Source: the human T2T-CHM13v2.0 reference genome, Homo sapiens. From it: 64,000 bases of DNA. Below the pieces are notes generated by a model that ran no database searches, had not been told where the DNA came from, and worked only from the letters and a program-made list of their open reading frames with translations. The DNA lies in assembly GCF_009914755.1 (NCBI RefSeq), contig NC_060926.1; one strand, given 5' to 3'. Position numbers and translations under genes: made by a program. Positions 49,101-62,570 of this stretch are shown piece after piece. Position 1 is the first letter of the stretch, and each line of letters starts with the position of its first letter.

Positions 49101-49872
49101 GTTCTGTAGATCATTTTCATTCTATTTCCACTTTGAATTGTACTCTATTTTTTGCTTTGAAATCCTTATTCCTTTCATCCACTATTGTAATTTTCTCTTT
49201 TGGTTATGGGATATTTAATAGAGTTAGGTAAGCACGGTACTTTCCTGGAGGTAGCACATAAAACCCAGAATAGTCAACAGTGTGGTTGCTTCACCTGTTT
49301 TCCCAGGAAATTGGCAATGGCACCTCAGGTGACTTAACTCTTTATTTCTTCTTCTTGTTTCAATTTTTTAAAGTATATAAACACACACATGCATGCACAC
49401 ACAGTATGTACCAGGCTACTATGATCTTCTTCACATTTTGCTTCCAAAATTTGAATAAAAAAAAATTAAATGTCAAATGTATATGTTAAATGTGAGGAGA
49501 GTTTGACAAAGCCCAAGACCTTGCTCCAAACTTTTCCTGTTCTCTAATTTTGATTCATTTGAGAATCAGAATAAGTAAAGCAAATACATATTTAAACCTC
49601 CCCTTTATTAATGAGAGGTCAGCTTTTAGGGAATGAATGTAGTTTATACAATGAGCTCCACGACGCGAACTCCAAGGTTAGGCAGTGCAGGGCCTGAGCA
49701 GATCTTTCACCACAGGAACAAACATTTTTTCTCTCTCAGTAGGTAAAACAGGGCCCTGTCTGCTGGGCAGCTCACTTCCAATAGGGAGAAAAGAGAGGAA
49801 GGGCCCTGAACACACATGCTAATTCTCTCCCTTTTTAATTCTTCAGTCAGACAAGTGAGTAAGGAGAGAGGA
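44354..49872 (+). repeat. Older diverged direct repeat, 44354-44505 vs 49712-49872
   Basis: Collinear shared blocks ACAGGAACAAAC, AGTAGGTA, GGGCCC, TGGGCAGCTCA, CCAATAG, ACACATGCTAA, TCAGTC, CAAGTGA and AGGAGAGAGGA. Confidence 0.8.
45150..46910 (+). mobile_element. L1MC1/2-like 3' portion, interrupted at 45889-46114
   Basis: Decayed ORF2 end (CTGATCTTTGACAAAGGAG, GCTGGAACAACTGGACATCCACATGC) and 3'UTR (GCAAGAGTGAACTTTAATGTAAACT, ATATGGGAAATCTCTGT). Confidence 0.85.
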
Positions 49873-49876
49873 AGAA

Positions 49877-49916
49877 GTGTGTGTGTATGTGTGTGTGTGT
49901 GTGTCTTTGTGTGTGT
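49877..49916. repeat. Imperfect (TG)n microsatellite
   Basis: Directly visible. Confidence 0.85.
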
Positions 49917-49984
49917 AGATCTCTCTCTATATGTTTTGTAAAAGATACAATGGAATATATTTGATTTTACTGTGCTGTTGAATT

Positions 49985-50530
49985 TTAAAACCACCATCAT
50001 GATATAAATCTTTTTCATCATCCTTTGCAGTGAGGCCCCTCTTTCCACCTCCATTACCAGGTAACACATAATCTGTTCTCTGTCACTGTAGTTTTGCTTT
50101 TTTAGTATTTCAAATGAATGGAATCATGCAGCATGTGGAGTTTTGTGTGTGTCTTCTTTCACTGAGAATAATAATTTTGAGATCCATCTCATGTTGTTGC
50201 ATGTCTCAATATCTGTCCTTTTTATTGCTATTATTTTTTGTATGGATAGAACAACAATTTTTTACATATACACTTTAATTTAAATTGGTTTATATCCAGT
50301 TTTTTGACTGCTATGGATAATACAGATATGAACATTTGAGTAGAAGTCTTTGCATCGACACACATTTTTCATATAATTTTTGCAAATACCTAGAAGTGGT
50401 ATTGCTGGTTTGTGCAGTAGTTGTATGTTTAACTTCATAAGAAATTATTAAACTCTTCTCCAAAGTAACTGCACCATTTTGGATCCTGCCAGCAATAGAC
50501 ACAGATTTGACTTGTTCCACATCCTCAATT
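49985..50530 (-). mobile_element. Ancient L1M 3' fragment
   Basis: AATGGAATCATGCAGCATG, TTTTGAGATCCATC, CAAATACCTAGAAGTGGTATTGCTGG and CCAAAGTAACTGCACCATTTT motifs. Confidence 0.65.
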
Positions 50531-51132
50531 CCCTAAGACTATCTAGCCCTTCATATAACACAGATTTTTATTTTCAACCCTGTTTGTTAATGATACCAAG
50601 TGCATGTCTGTGTAAACTGCATAGCATTACACCATTTTTTCCCCAAGCTGACCAGTTTTGTCTTTCATTAAGGAACTTCAGTCAATGTAGTATAGAATAA
50701 CACACTCAAACACTGAGTTATTCCTTCAGTTTATATTATGTTTAACTTAATTTTTACTTTACATTATTTCATTCTTTTTTTTATCCTTTCTTGTCTGGTT
50801 TAGTGAAGTTTTTTTCTCTTTATTCCTCTTTTTTCTAATAGTTATTTTCCAATTGTGGGTAATGGTCATTAAACACATATTTCTCTTCTTTAATTTCAAG
50901 TTCCCTTGTTTGTCCAGTGCTCCCTCAAAATAGTATGATTAAAAATAGAGAATGTTTTTGCTTCCAAAAGTCACCTCCCCTTAACACATTCCTTATTTAA
51001 AATTCTTAATATAATTCATAAATATATCTCATTTATAATTTTAAATTTTCCTTCTCACTGACAATTTGAAAACTTTAAAATTTGAAATAGTTTGTTAGGT
51101 ATAATCTTAAATTATTATAGACTTCTTTATAT

Positions 51133-52074
51133 CAGGCGTTCTTAAGCTCATAGTCCATAAATAGAATTCAAGGTGTCTGCGAACTTGAATTGTGCAATAT
51201 GGCCATAAATACTTTAACGTTTCTTCCATTGAGACTCAGGGCTTAATTCTCCTTTTCTCATTCTGTTTAAGATTTAGTGATTAGCTTGACCAATAGATTG
51301 TGGCGTAAGTGACATTGAGTCTCCTGAGGCTAGATTATAAGATGACTTGCAGCTTTTGCCTAGGTCGCTGAAGCTGCTCTTGAAAGTCTCCCTCTTGGAA
51401 TGCGGCCACCATGAGAGGAGAAGTAAAGCTGAATAATAGCCAAATCAATTGACTACTACTTAGCCCTGATAGAGCCTTCAGGAAACCACACCCCCATCTG
51501 ACATCTGATTAAATGAGAGATGTCAAGTGAAGATTTGCTCAGTCTAGTCAACTAAACAACTATGAGAGATAAAATGTAAAACAATTTTTAAGCCACTAAG
51601 TTTTGAAGTGCTTTGATACATGTAGATAAATAAGTAGAACAAATAAAAATATATATTTATATTTGCTAAAGTCCATTTAAAAATTGCATTTCATTCAGGT
51701 ATATGTTTAAACAAAACCACTGTAGTATTTACAACACTTTTCTTTTGTCAACAATAGGAAAAATAGGTATTTTTATATGACATACAGTTGAAGTATATAT
51801 TTTAAAATATCATTTACCAAAATTACTACTTTCAAATTATAAGATTATTATTCATGAAATAGATGTACTCATTTAGTGTGTTAATAAAGATACACATCAT
51901 ATTAGACATTCGTTTTTAAAATTTTGGAATTACATTTCAATATAATCGATTGTCTTTAAAATCCTCTGAATTTAATTGTAAGCATTTAAAAAAACATTAT
52001 TCTGAAAGAGAGTCTTTAAGGCTTCGAAAGTCCCCAAAAGGGGTGCATGACACAAATATTGTTAAGAAACGTCC
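51133..52074 (+). mobile_element. MER113 (hAT-Charlie) interrupted by an MLT1 LTR
   Basis: Ends CAGGCGTTCTTAAGC and GTTAAGAAACGTCCT. Internal ATAGAATTCAAGGTGTCTGCGAACTTG and AACATTATTCTGA. Confidence 0.7.
51191..51641 (+). mobile_element. MLT1G/H-like LTR nested in MER113
   Basis: ATGGCCATAAATACTTT..TTGACCAATAGATTGTGGCGTAAGTGAC through TTTTAAGCCACTAAGTTTTG..AGAACA. Confidence 0.7.
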
Positions 52075-55000
52075 TTTTCAGTAGGTCCCTTTTTCCAAGA
52101 ATCTCTGCTTAGTATTTCTATTACAAATGTCCATTCATCTAGTTTTAACAATATGGTTAAGAAATGGAGGAACAATATGTTAAGGTACATTGTTAGACTG
52201 AAAATGGAGTCTATAAGTACATGTATCTGTATTTTTGAATTTATGTCTTGTAGAAGTTACCAAATTCTAATATTGTATTTAGATCATGTACACCCAAGGG
52301 TAACTTTTCATTTTAAATTCCAGTAATAGCTAAAGTGACCACTACTCTGAACTTCTAATTTTCTAATTCCCTGTTCAGAAGTTTTAAAACAAAGTTTATG
52401 TCGCAAGAACATAGAAAACAAAAGGGATGAAATTTTTAAACCACTCGATAGGTCATCTAGAGAGATCATCTACAACTACAGAGAATAGCAGAATGCATAT
52501 TTCTTTAACATTCTTCCCAACAATAAATATTTTTATAACTTTATGAAATTCTATAAAATATCCATAAATCAGGACAGACAGTTAAGCTGTCATGAGAACC
52601 TCAGAACTCAGTGGTTTAAAACAAGTGTATTTATTGCTTGTATAAAGACAGTTACTCTACCATGGGACAGTCTACGGTAGCTGTCTGCCATGGAATGATG
52701 CCGCTTCACTTTTATATCAATGAAGGTTTTCTTTGAGGCTGCAGCAGGAGAATGCTGGACATGATTCTACCAGAATGAAATGCTTGTATCCAGGGTGACA
52801 CATGTTATAGTATCTCACTGTAATGGAGTTAAAACCAAGCAAATGCCACATATGCCTGGAATGGGGAGAACTGGATATCTGGCTGAATAGCATTGTTATC
52901 TACTATAAACAGTTTACACATTTTAAAGTTAATATATGTCTTAGAATTAAAGTCTCATACAGAAATATTTATCGTATAGTCAAACTGTAGTAAGAGAAAT
53001 TGACAAACAGCATCTTTATGACATATTGATCACCAGGAAGACAAAACAGTTCTATAGCTTCTGGTAAGTCACAGAGCATAGGAAATGTAATCTTCATTAG
53101 ATCTTTACCCAAATGTCTTAGTCATTTAGCAAGGCAATTTATCTTAGTTCACACTATTATAAATATTCTATATTGTTCATCATTCTTATTCTCACAAAGA
53201 GAGGCAAATAACTACATACTATTTGAATAAATAAAGCATTTTAGGCTCATATTTTATGTACAGACTTCTTAATCTATATCATAATTGAGACAATTCATAA
53301 AGATTGAATGGCAAGAAACATATATTATTTCATTCTTAATATTTTTTGCAAAAAAGTGCCCTAAACTTCTGATTCCATGATCTATCTTTCTTTCCAATCC
53401 TCTTCTCTCTCTCTCTCTCCCCCAACCACACACACACATCCGCAGCAAAACAAAGACACAGGAAGGCAAAGGAAAAGGAAGAAAGAAGCATTGTAGACAA
53501 CAACAATTATAGACTAAGAGTGCAAATGAATTAAAGTTCAAAAGGATTGGTTTTCCAAATTTAAAATATTTTAAAAACTGAAGTATAAAAAAAGAAAAAA
53601 GAAAAATTGCCAAGCTTACCGGGACTATTCATCCCCAATTACTTTGTCCTGCTTGACGTATTCTGCACTTGTCTTCAGCTGCATCGCTGCACCTAGGTTA
53701 TTCAGAAGTGAATTGTTCTGTATTATTATTTTCAAACATTTGGCATTCGTTCAGTGTTTTTGGATGTTGATTTGCCATTATACTCTTTCACATAATAAAG
53801 TTGGGTCTTTATCTTGTTCTTTGGTGTCTCCACAGTGCCACATTACCATCTGGTATACCATAGGTACTCAATCAATATTTTTGTGAATGACAAAATTAAT
53901 AGATTAGACTGAACTTGTTAATCATTGTTATTAAGTTTCCCAAAATACTACTTCTTGTCTTCTTTTCTCTGAGAGAAATCATATTAAAATTTCTCACTAT
54001 GGGTATGAGTTTGTGTTTTAGTTTTCTTCACAGTTTTATCACATTTGATTTTTATTTTAATATGTTGTATTTGATTGTATTGAAATTATAGGTTTATGTA
54101 TTGTTGCCTTGTCTTTACATCAGCACTAAATGTATAGATGATTTCCTTTATTCTATTTTGTCTTCTATGAACATTTGTCAATTGCTGTCATTCTTCTTGG
54201 CATTGCCCATCAGATGGGCATTGCTAATGCCTGCAACAGGGTCTCCTTTGAGAGTTACCAGGCCTCAGGAAAAGTCAGCTGATACAAGCACCATTCTGCC
54301 TTTCCCAGCAATCTTCTGTCTGCTGCCTCTCAGCCTCTACTGCTATCAGTTCCTGCCACCCCAGAAGGGGAGCTCTGGCTATACTGTACCCATCTTGGGC
54401 AGTGGTTTCTTTCATGGGCTTTGATTCTCATCCTCAAAGCTATCTCACTCTACCCTGCCTACTTTCAGCTCCTCTGGAGTTCCATACTATGCTTGGACTT
54501 CTAAGAATCCTCCTGGTTTGGAAGTGAATGGATGCTTGGACCAAACACATTTTCATTGACTTCTGTGTTTGTCACAATGGATGGGGGCTGCAGCCTGTGC
54601 CCATGGAGCCACCTTGAAACCTGGAGCTTAGCATGGCACTTGAAATGGGACCCACTCTTTTCTCTCTGGATATTTCTATTAGTTATTACTTCAACTTAAG
54701 CCAAATAATTTACTTAGTCACTTGTTACTAAACCATGTTCCCTTCTGTTCCATTCTGTTATTTAATCTCACAAGATTCTTATGAACTATATGTTGAATTT
54801 AACATATTTTAGTAAGGGGCACTATTCTTTGTTGCAATCAGACATGAAATATCACTTCTACCATGTCGACTGTGGAAAATGAGACATAAATAAGGAATTT
54901 TATTACAATATGTGTGAAAAACTTCAGATATTGATTTGGATTGTTAGAATGTTGACATGTGTATTATTATACTTTTTATTGTTTCTATTTTATTTCATAT

Positions 55001-56497
55001 CTAAAATTTATATTTTTCAGAAATAATTCAAATATTCTTCAACAAGGTAAATTAAGGATTTTTACATATTATTATAGTATATTTAAAGGGACTATATATT
55101 TTATTCTTTTATAATGAATATGACATATTACATACCACATTTCAAAAAAAAAGAAGAAATGATTGAATTGTGACTTCCTTTCATCCTTCTTTTAATAACT
55201 AGGGTTTCCAAAATAGACTTGTAAGTTGATTGCTTTTTAAATGAGTTTTAGTCAACCATCTCCAATTTGGTCTTTTAACTAATATAAGTATTAACTTGCT
55301 TCTTCTGAATTAGCAATCAGTAAGTAATTCAAATAAGCATTTAAGGATCCTGTCTCCTGGGTCCATCAAAGAATCCCAAATCCTTTTGATGGTAACGTCT
55401 TTTAGCCCATACCTTATCACGGAGATTTGGCATGGGTACTAAGTAGGACATCATAATGTCAAATGTGTTAGCCCAATGCGAGTGTCTTAATCAATTTACT
55501 GTCTTGGCTTAAGGCTACCTCTGGATTCTCCTGCCAAGGATAAATTTTGCACAATTTGTGATGTGGAAACATTTTACTTTAGCTGTTTATATAACTCTGA
55601 CTTTTTCCTTGGAGGCTTACTGTACAAGTTTTCTATCCTTCCCTTCCTCTTTGATCTAAAGCTGTCAGAAATTCATTTACATTTCAGACTCTCTGGTTAA
55701 ATACATGTCCTTTGGGTTATAAGAATTGCGAGATGACAGAATTGGACATAAATGTATAAATTTCATGATCTATTGAAGTATTGGTTACTCCATTTCATCC
55801 ACTTCTTTTAAGAGTTTGTCTATTACGTGTTTTTGCATATGCGTGTGCATATATATAGATGTAAAATTATATACTTGTGTGCACATATGCACACACATTT
55901 AAAAATATATACACAAAATTCAGATGCCTTATTTTAAAAATACCCATATGGTGTAATTCCTTACTAATGTCAATTATTGAAAGAGTGTTTTAACTTTGCT
56001 TCTGCAATTATTCTGACTGCAAACCTAAATATATTTGTTGCCACAGTTTTGATATTTTTTCTTAGAAGCATTTGTTATACTAGAATTGTGTTTTTAAAAT
56101 CACCCTCCCTTACATCTTTATTTTACCTAATAACTTTTTTTAAATAATGGCTTTTCAGAGGTTATACCTAAAATGCTATTTATTGTGATTTGTTTTCCTT
56201 TTGAGAGCACATAAGAGTTGATTTAAACATACTTTGTCCTTGCTTTAATAATAATAAAAACTGTTGGTAATATATTTCCTATTTCAAGTTGCTATGGTCT
56301 CAAACAATTAGTAACCATTATTTTTAAACACTCTGACCATGTAAGTACAATTTTTTTAAAAATATTAATTTTTTTTTGCAAAAACAACCTAATAAAAGCT
56401 AGTGTGATTGTAGCTTTGGAGTTTAATTTAAAGCAATCTCAGGTTTAATATTAAATATGTTAGATATAAAAAGTATTAAATATATTGGTTTGACTTG

Positions 56498-57154
56498 TGT
56501 CCTAGTCTGTTTTCTGCTGCTCTAACAGAGTACCACAGACTGGGTAATTAGAGAATATGACTTGGTGTGATGGCTCACATATGTAATCCCAGGACTGTGG
56601 GAAAACTGCTTGAGCTCCAATGTTTGAGACCAGACTGGGCAACATAGAGAAACTCTGTCTGTACTAAAAATAAAATTTAAAAAAATAGCCAGGAGTGGTG
56701 ATGCACACCTTTAGTCCCACATACTTGGGAGTCTGGGCTGAGAGGATTGCTTGAGCCCAAGAGATTGAAGCTGCAGTGAGCTATAATTGACTGCACTCCA
56801 GCTGGGGAGACAGAATGAGATTCTGTCTCAAAAAAAGGATATAACTTTACATGGCTCACGGTTTTCAAGGATGGGAAGTCCAAGAACGTGGAATCTGGCA
56901 AGAGAGAAATCTCATGGCAGAAGGACAGAAGGGCAAGTGCATGTGAAAAATAGAAGTACAAGAGGCCAGGCTTCATTTAATAACATAATGCTCTTGCAAT
57001 AACTAACCAACTCCCATGATAATGACATTAATCTACTTATGAGGCAGAGTTCTCATGACTTAAAAACTTCTTACTAGGCCCCACCTCCCAATACTGTTGC
57101 ACTGGGGATTAAGCTTCTAAAATATGAATTTGAGGACACATTCAAACCATAGCA
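56498..57154 (-). mobile_element. MSTC-like LTR with a nested AluJ
   Basis: TGTCCTAGTCTGTTTTCTGCTGCTCTAACAGAGTACCACAGACTGGG through GGCCCCACCTCCCAATACTGTTGCA..GGACACATTCAAACCATAGCA. Confidence 0.8.
56560..56837 (+). mobile_element. AluJ (diverged)
   Basis: Dimeric Alu with GAGGATTGCTTGAGCCCA and GCTGCAGTGAGCTAT. Confidence 0.8.
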
Positions 57155-60100
57155 GCCTGACTGTGAAAAATATAAACTCTGTATTTTAAACAGAGGCAGC
57201 AATATCATTTCTTTGTAAAGTTTGTTGAAATTCATTCAGTAATTTATAACTTTTAAAATATAATTTCATTTTAGTTTATTATATAAAGTATTAACTTAAT
57301 TATGCATAATCTGTTTGCTGTTTATAAAGCTCTACCCTCAACCTACATCTTGCAAAGGCTACAAAATGAACACTAAAATTCTGTCAATAGGCTTAAATAA
57401 CATGTGTGCAACTTTGTGGTTTTTTTCTTGAATTTAGTGAAGAAAATGGTTAACACATATAAAGAAAATAAACAACAGGAAATATAATAAAATTCTACTC
57501 ATAAAACATTGAAAAAGTAACACCACAGTCTACAGTAATAAGCAGTAGAAGAACTAAGAAATAAGCCAACCTAGATAATGAAGTAGGAATCAAAAAAATA
57601 TTCTACTGTAAAGGTCAACTTTAAATATAATATAATAAATATTAGACAAACAGAAAAACAAGCCAATGTATTGGAAATGGATACATATAAATATTGTTAA
57701 ATCATTATCTCCTAAAATATGGTTTAATGATAAACTTATTGAATTAATTTTTCCTATTAAATTATCAACATTTTTTCTGTTTTTAAGTATTTGTAAGCAT
57801 TAATAATTTTAACATGTTTAGCAGGACTAATAATAAAAATGACTTTTTAAAACCTTACTATCTTGTAACCCTCATCAGTTTATTAAAATATAGCTTTTTA
57901 AATTCTTGTCTAAAACAAGCAAAACAAAATAAATACTAACAAAAGCAAACTAAAAGTGCATACAGTGAGAGACATCACTTTTCATGCTTTTCAACATTTC
58001 ATCTCTCAGTTTATGCTGCAACACTTCCCCTTTCCTTTCAGCATGTATAGAGAGAATAGTGATACCTGGGGAGAGTACTGTAAACACATTGAATTGCCTC
58101 TGTTCTATAGCGTTCGGGAGCTCACCGAGGTTGCTCAATCATGAATCATATTTATTTATCAAGCAGTCGGCACATGACACAAGCCAGGTCAACCAGAATT
58201 TTTCTTTAGGGCTAGTTACTTGCCTTTGACATAGAGGTTTTTTCCCCCTTTCTGATCTCCAGCTGAAAGGACAAGGACTAATTTTAACTGAAATTACATT
58301 TCTATTCCACATAACTTAAAAAAGCCCTAAAGAAGTGATTGTTTGATAAAAGAGTTACAGATTTTGTTTTGCCTTTTTAACATGGAGAATAGTGAAGAGT
58401 GAGGAATTTTTATCTTCCATGTGGCACAAATTAACATAATTGTCAGAATTTTCTTATTTAATTTTTGTCTTCTTCCAACAATCTAAGGGTTTCCCATTAA
58501 AACATTTTAAATGAAACAAAATAAGTTACTTTCTAATCCTGTTTATTTTATATGTTAAACATCTACATAAGTATGATCATAAATTCAGATGATATGTATT
58601 ATTAACCTTATAGAAAACCCTTAACTTTCCTGCATTATTCAAATTATTTAATCATGCAGATGTGTTTTTCATCTTTTCTTTGATATAAGAATTAGGCTGA
58701 TTTTTTTCCAAAGATAATGATTTAATGAGGTATCTGTGCCTGTGTATGCAGGTTTCTCTTCCAAGTTACCTATTCTTTGTCCTCATCCTCCAAAATGAGC
58801 TTAAAGTTTTTTATGTGGAAATTCTAAGATGCTCTTTATATAAGTCCTTAAAATAATTTAAGTAGAAGAATTTACTACATTTCAGCAGTGCTGCTTCCTG
58901 GTTTTGGAGAAAAAGGATATTTTATAGACATCTCATACACGACCCTTGGCTTTTTCCTGATTTTGGATTTGTGAGTTTCCTGATGGCTTTCTTTTATGCA
59001 GTGTGCCCTCTTATGATTCCATATACATAATGAGCTACAAGAAGAGAACTGAACTCCATTGGGAAAAGTTAGAGTGTGCTTATCAGCCAGGCTACATATT
59101 GACTGCAGTTGGTCTTGAGATTCTGCTCTGCATCTCTCTAACATACTCAGATTGACAGAGCAATTGCTTTCGTAAACATTGACACCAGGGCACAGCAAAA
59201 GAAACCGAGAATGAATCACACCAGCAAATTTTCTATTCATTGAACAGATATGGTCACATGACTCACACAAGATGAAAATACATGAAGGTGGAAATATATA
59301 AATAATGTCTATTACAATGGAATCATTTCATGTGACTACTTGTAATAAGCTCCTCATTACAGTTTTGTTTGGGTTTTAATTTTAATTCAGAAAGCTATTA
59401 TTAGTTTTTATTACTCATAGGCCCAAAGATTTAAGATGACTGACTAAAAAATTCAGCAAATAGAAAATACCCTCTTGATCTGAGGTAACAATGTTTAAGT
59501 TTTAAAATAAAATAATTAATAAATAATTGTCAGGAGTGGGTTTAATTAGTAGACTTCTAAGCTATAGCCATTTTTTATCAAAGCAGAAAAAAAACAAGAA
59601 ACAAAAATATAATAAGATATTGCCCCAAAATCCAGAGCAAAAACTAATTTACAGTATCAAGAGAAAAGTCATCCCACTGGTAGGGAGTAAGCCAATTATT
59701 CTTCTAGTCCCACACAACTGGCTACTTATGAAACATTAAAACCAAATCACTTCAGGCAAGTACTTTGTAATGGATTAACTTGTCCATGATGTAATCAAGC
59801 TTTAGAATAATATTACAAATGCCAAACAAGAATTTCAAACAGCAACATTGAGACACTTTGCCAGCTGAATCCATTACTGTAGAAAGAAATCCTTCAGGCA
59901 ATGTTAGGTCACTGATTATAGCAATTTATTTCTCATTAGCTTATAACTACCTGACCTCTTCATCTGTTTCTGGTCTATGTAATTGCACTTCAGAATTTAT
60001 ACATATAAACTCATAAGGAATCATTTTGTTTCTTTCACTCAAAGAATGTGAGTATAATTTAATGCAAGTGATTATTCTCCAGAATTCTAGTCAGGAATGC

Positions 60101-60427
60101 TGACCGGTTGGTTCTTAGAAGTTGACGTTTAACAAGAGATTGATATATAACAAAGGAAAATCAGAGTCAGACATGTAGAGGTGCATGATTGTGACATTCA
60201 TTATAGTATACTCAGAGAGTTCATATTGGTAGAAAAAATTACAAATTTAACATCCTTTATTCAATAAAATTCTAAAGGTATAGTGCAAACTTCAAGCTAT
60301 AGAAAATCCCTAAATTATTAAAAAACAAACCATTTCAAAAGTACAAAAAGCAATGAGAAGCATTCTAAATTATCCAAATTTAGCATAATTCTGCTACTAA
60401 AGCTAAATAAATGTATTAATATATGTA

Positions 60428-60680
60428 TATTGCACTTGTTCCCTATGGCTGCTGTAACGAAATTACCACAAACTTAGTGACCTAAAACGCAAAATGCTTC
60501 TCTTAAATTTCTGAAGGCCAGAATTCTGAAATCAGTTTCCCTGGGCTAAAGTCAAGATCTTAGGGCAGTTGAACTCCCTCTGAGGCACTAGAGGAGGAAA
60601 ATCCATTTCCTTGACAGTTCCTGCTTCAAGAGATGAATTCCTTGCATTCATTAGATCATACATGCACCTCTTTCATTGAT
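60428..60680 (-). mobile_element. MLT1C/D-like LTR fragment
   Basis: GGCTGCTGTAAC..ATTACCACAAACTTAGTG, GGGCTAAAGTCAAG and AATCCATTTCCTTG motifs. Confidence 0.7.
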
Positions 60681-60687
60681 TAGTCAT

Positions 60688-62031
60688 CAGTGGTAGAGTG
60701 AAAGCTTTCTCTCTGTCCACTAAAGATCATGGCAATGACTGAGAGTAGACAGATGAATACAAGAAAAAATGTAACAAATTTTAAACATGAATATGGATAT
60801 GCAAGTGCCTCAAATATGAAATTCAAAGTGGGGCCAGATAGTTGAGGTTTAAATACCTTCTTCACAGGGCAGGAGGAAATGGGAGGGGTATGAAATTGTG
60901 AGGGGTAGTAAATTATTTTCAGGGGAAATAAATGAGCCCAAACAAACAAACAAACAACAACAACAAAAAACAACGACCTAGGACAAAGTTCCTCAGAGCT
61001 CTGGGGGAGGTGGTGGGAAAGTGAGGGGTAGAACTTTATTGTGAGCAAAGATTGTTGTCTCATGCAGATAACATCACCTAGGTAATCTCTCAGCTTCCTC
61101 CAGAATAGTTGAAATGTTTGTCTGATTTATTACTCAAATCAGTCTCTGTGAACATTTCAGAATCTGAGTTTTTAAAGATAATTTGGTGGGTAAGGGGTTG
61201 GGAAGTGGGGAGTGCTGACTGGTCAGGTTGGAGATGGAATTATAGAAGTTGAAGTGAGGTTTTCTTGCTGTCCTCTGTTGGATGGGATGGCAGATCTGGT
61301 TAAGCCAGATTAACAGTCTGGGTGGTGTCAGCTTATCCATCAAGTACAGGGTCTGCAAAATATCTCAAGCACTGATCTTAAGTTTTACAATAGTGATGTT
61401 ACCCCCAGGAGCAATTTGGGGAGGCTCAGACTCTTTGAGCTAGAGGCTGCCTGACTGTCCCTAAACCATAATTTCTAATTTTGTAGCTAATTTGTTAGTC
61501 CTGCAAAGGCAGACTGGTCCCCACTCAAGAAGGAGGTGTTTTGGGGAAAGGGCTATTATCAATTTTGTTTCAGAGTCAAACCATGAGCTGAATTCCTTCC
61601 CAAGGTTAGTTCAGCCTACTCCCAGGAATGAACAATGACAGCTTAAATGTTAGAAGCAAGATGGAATTGGTTAGGTCTGATCTCTTTTACTGTCATCATT
61701 TTCTCAGTTATAATTTTTGCAAAGGCTGTTTCATGATAATTTTTAGTCTCTTTTCTTCTCCTGTGGTGAATCTTTTCTGGTTATTTCATGAGATTCCTAG
61801 TGAGGCTATCTTAAGATAATTTCATTTCTTTTAGAAAAAAATTAATTAAAAAATTTCAGAAATTCCTCCATGAACTCGGGGAAACAAAGAGGATCAGCGA
61901 GACTAAGGATAGAGACATCAGAAAGAAACCTTGGATCTGAGGCTTGTTTATGAGGCCTTCTTATTTCAGCTCAAAGTGTTCAGCATGCCAAAGTACCAAA
62001 CTTTTAGAGTATCGTTTTCCCAGCCCCAACA
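60688..62031 (-). mobile_element. MER34/MER39-family ERV1 LTR with a nested LTR8
   Basis: Right end CAGCATGCCAAAGTACCA..GTATCGTTTTCCCAGCCCCAACA. 4-bp TSD TCAT at 60684-60687 and 62032-62035. Confidence 0.65.
61126..61733 (-). mobile_element. LTR8-like element lacking its 3' end
   Basis: The reverse complement begins TGAAACAGCCTTTGCAAAAATTATAACTGAG. Internal GGGTCTGCAAAATATCTCAAGCACTGATCTT. Confidence 0.8.
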
Positions 62032-62221
62032 TCATCACAGTATATTCATTCACTCATAACCTTGCTGCATTCTTCACTCTGTCTCTGTCTTGTTCTCTTT
62101 CTCCCTTCCCCTCCCTTGGGGGAGTTTCTCCAAGCATTAGAGGAGTGAGGAACACTGGACTAGAAATATAAGACATTTAAAAGATTACTTAAAGAGGAAG
62201 CATTCCCTGAATATGGTTTTA

Positions 62222-62570
<349 letters not shown>

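Noticed and set aside
58875-59270. 131-aa minus-strand ORF in non-repeat sequence
   Set aside because: It has a non-ATG start, no recognisable domain and a length compatible with chance. The region is kept only as a non-coding candidate.
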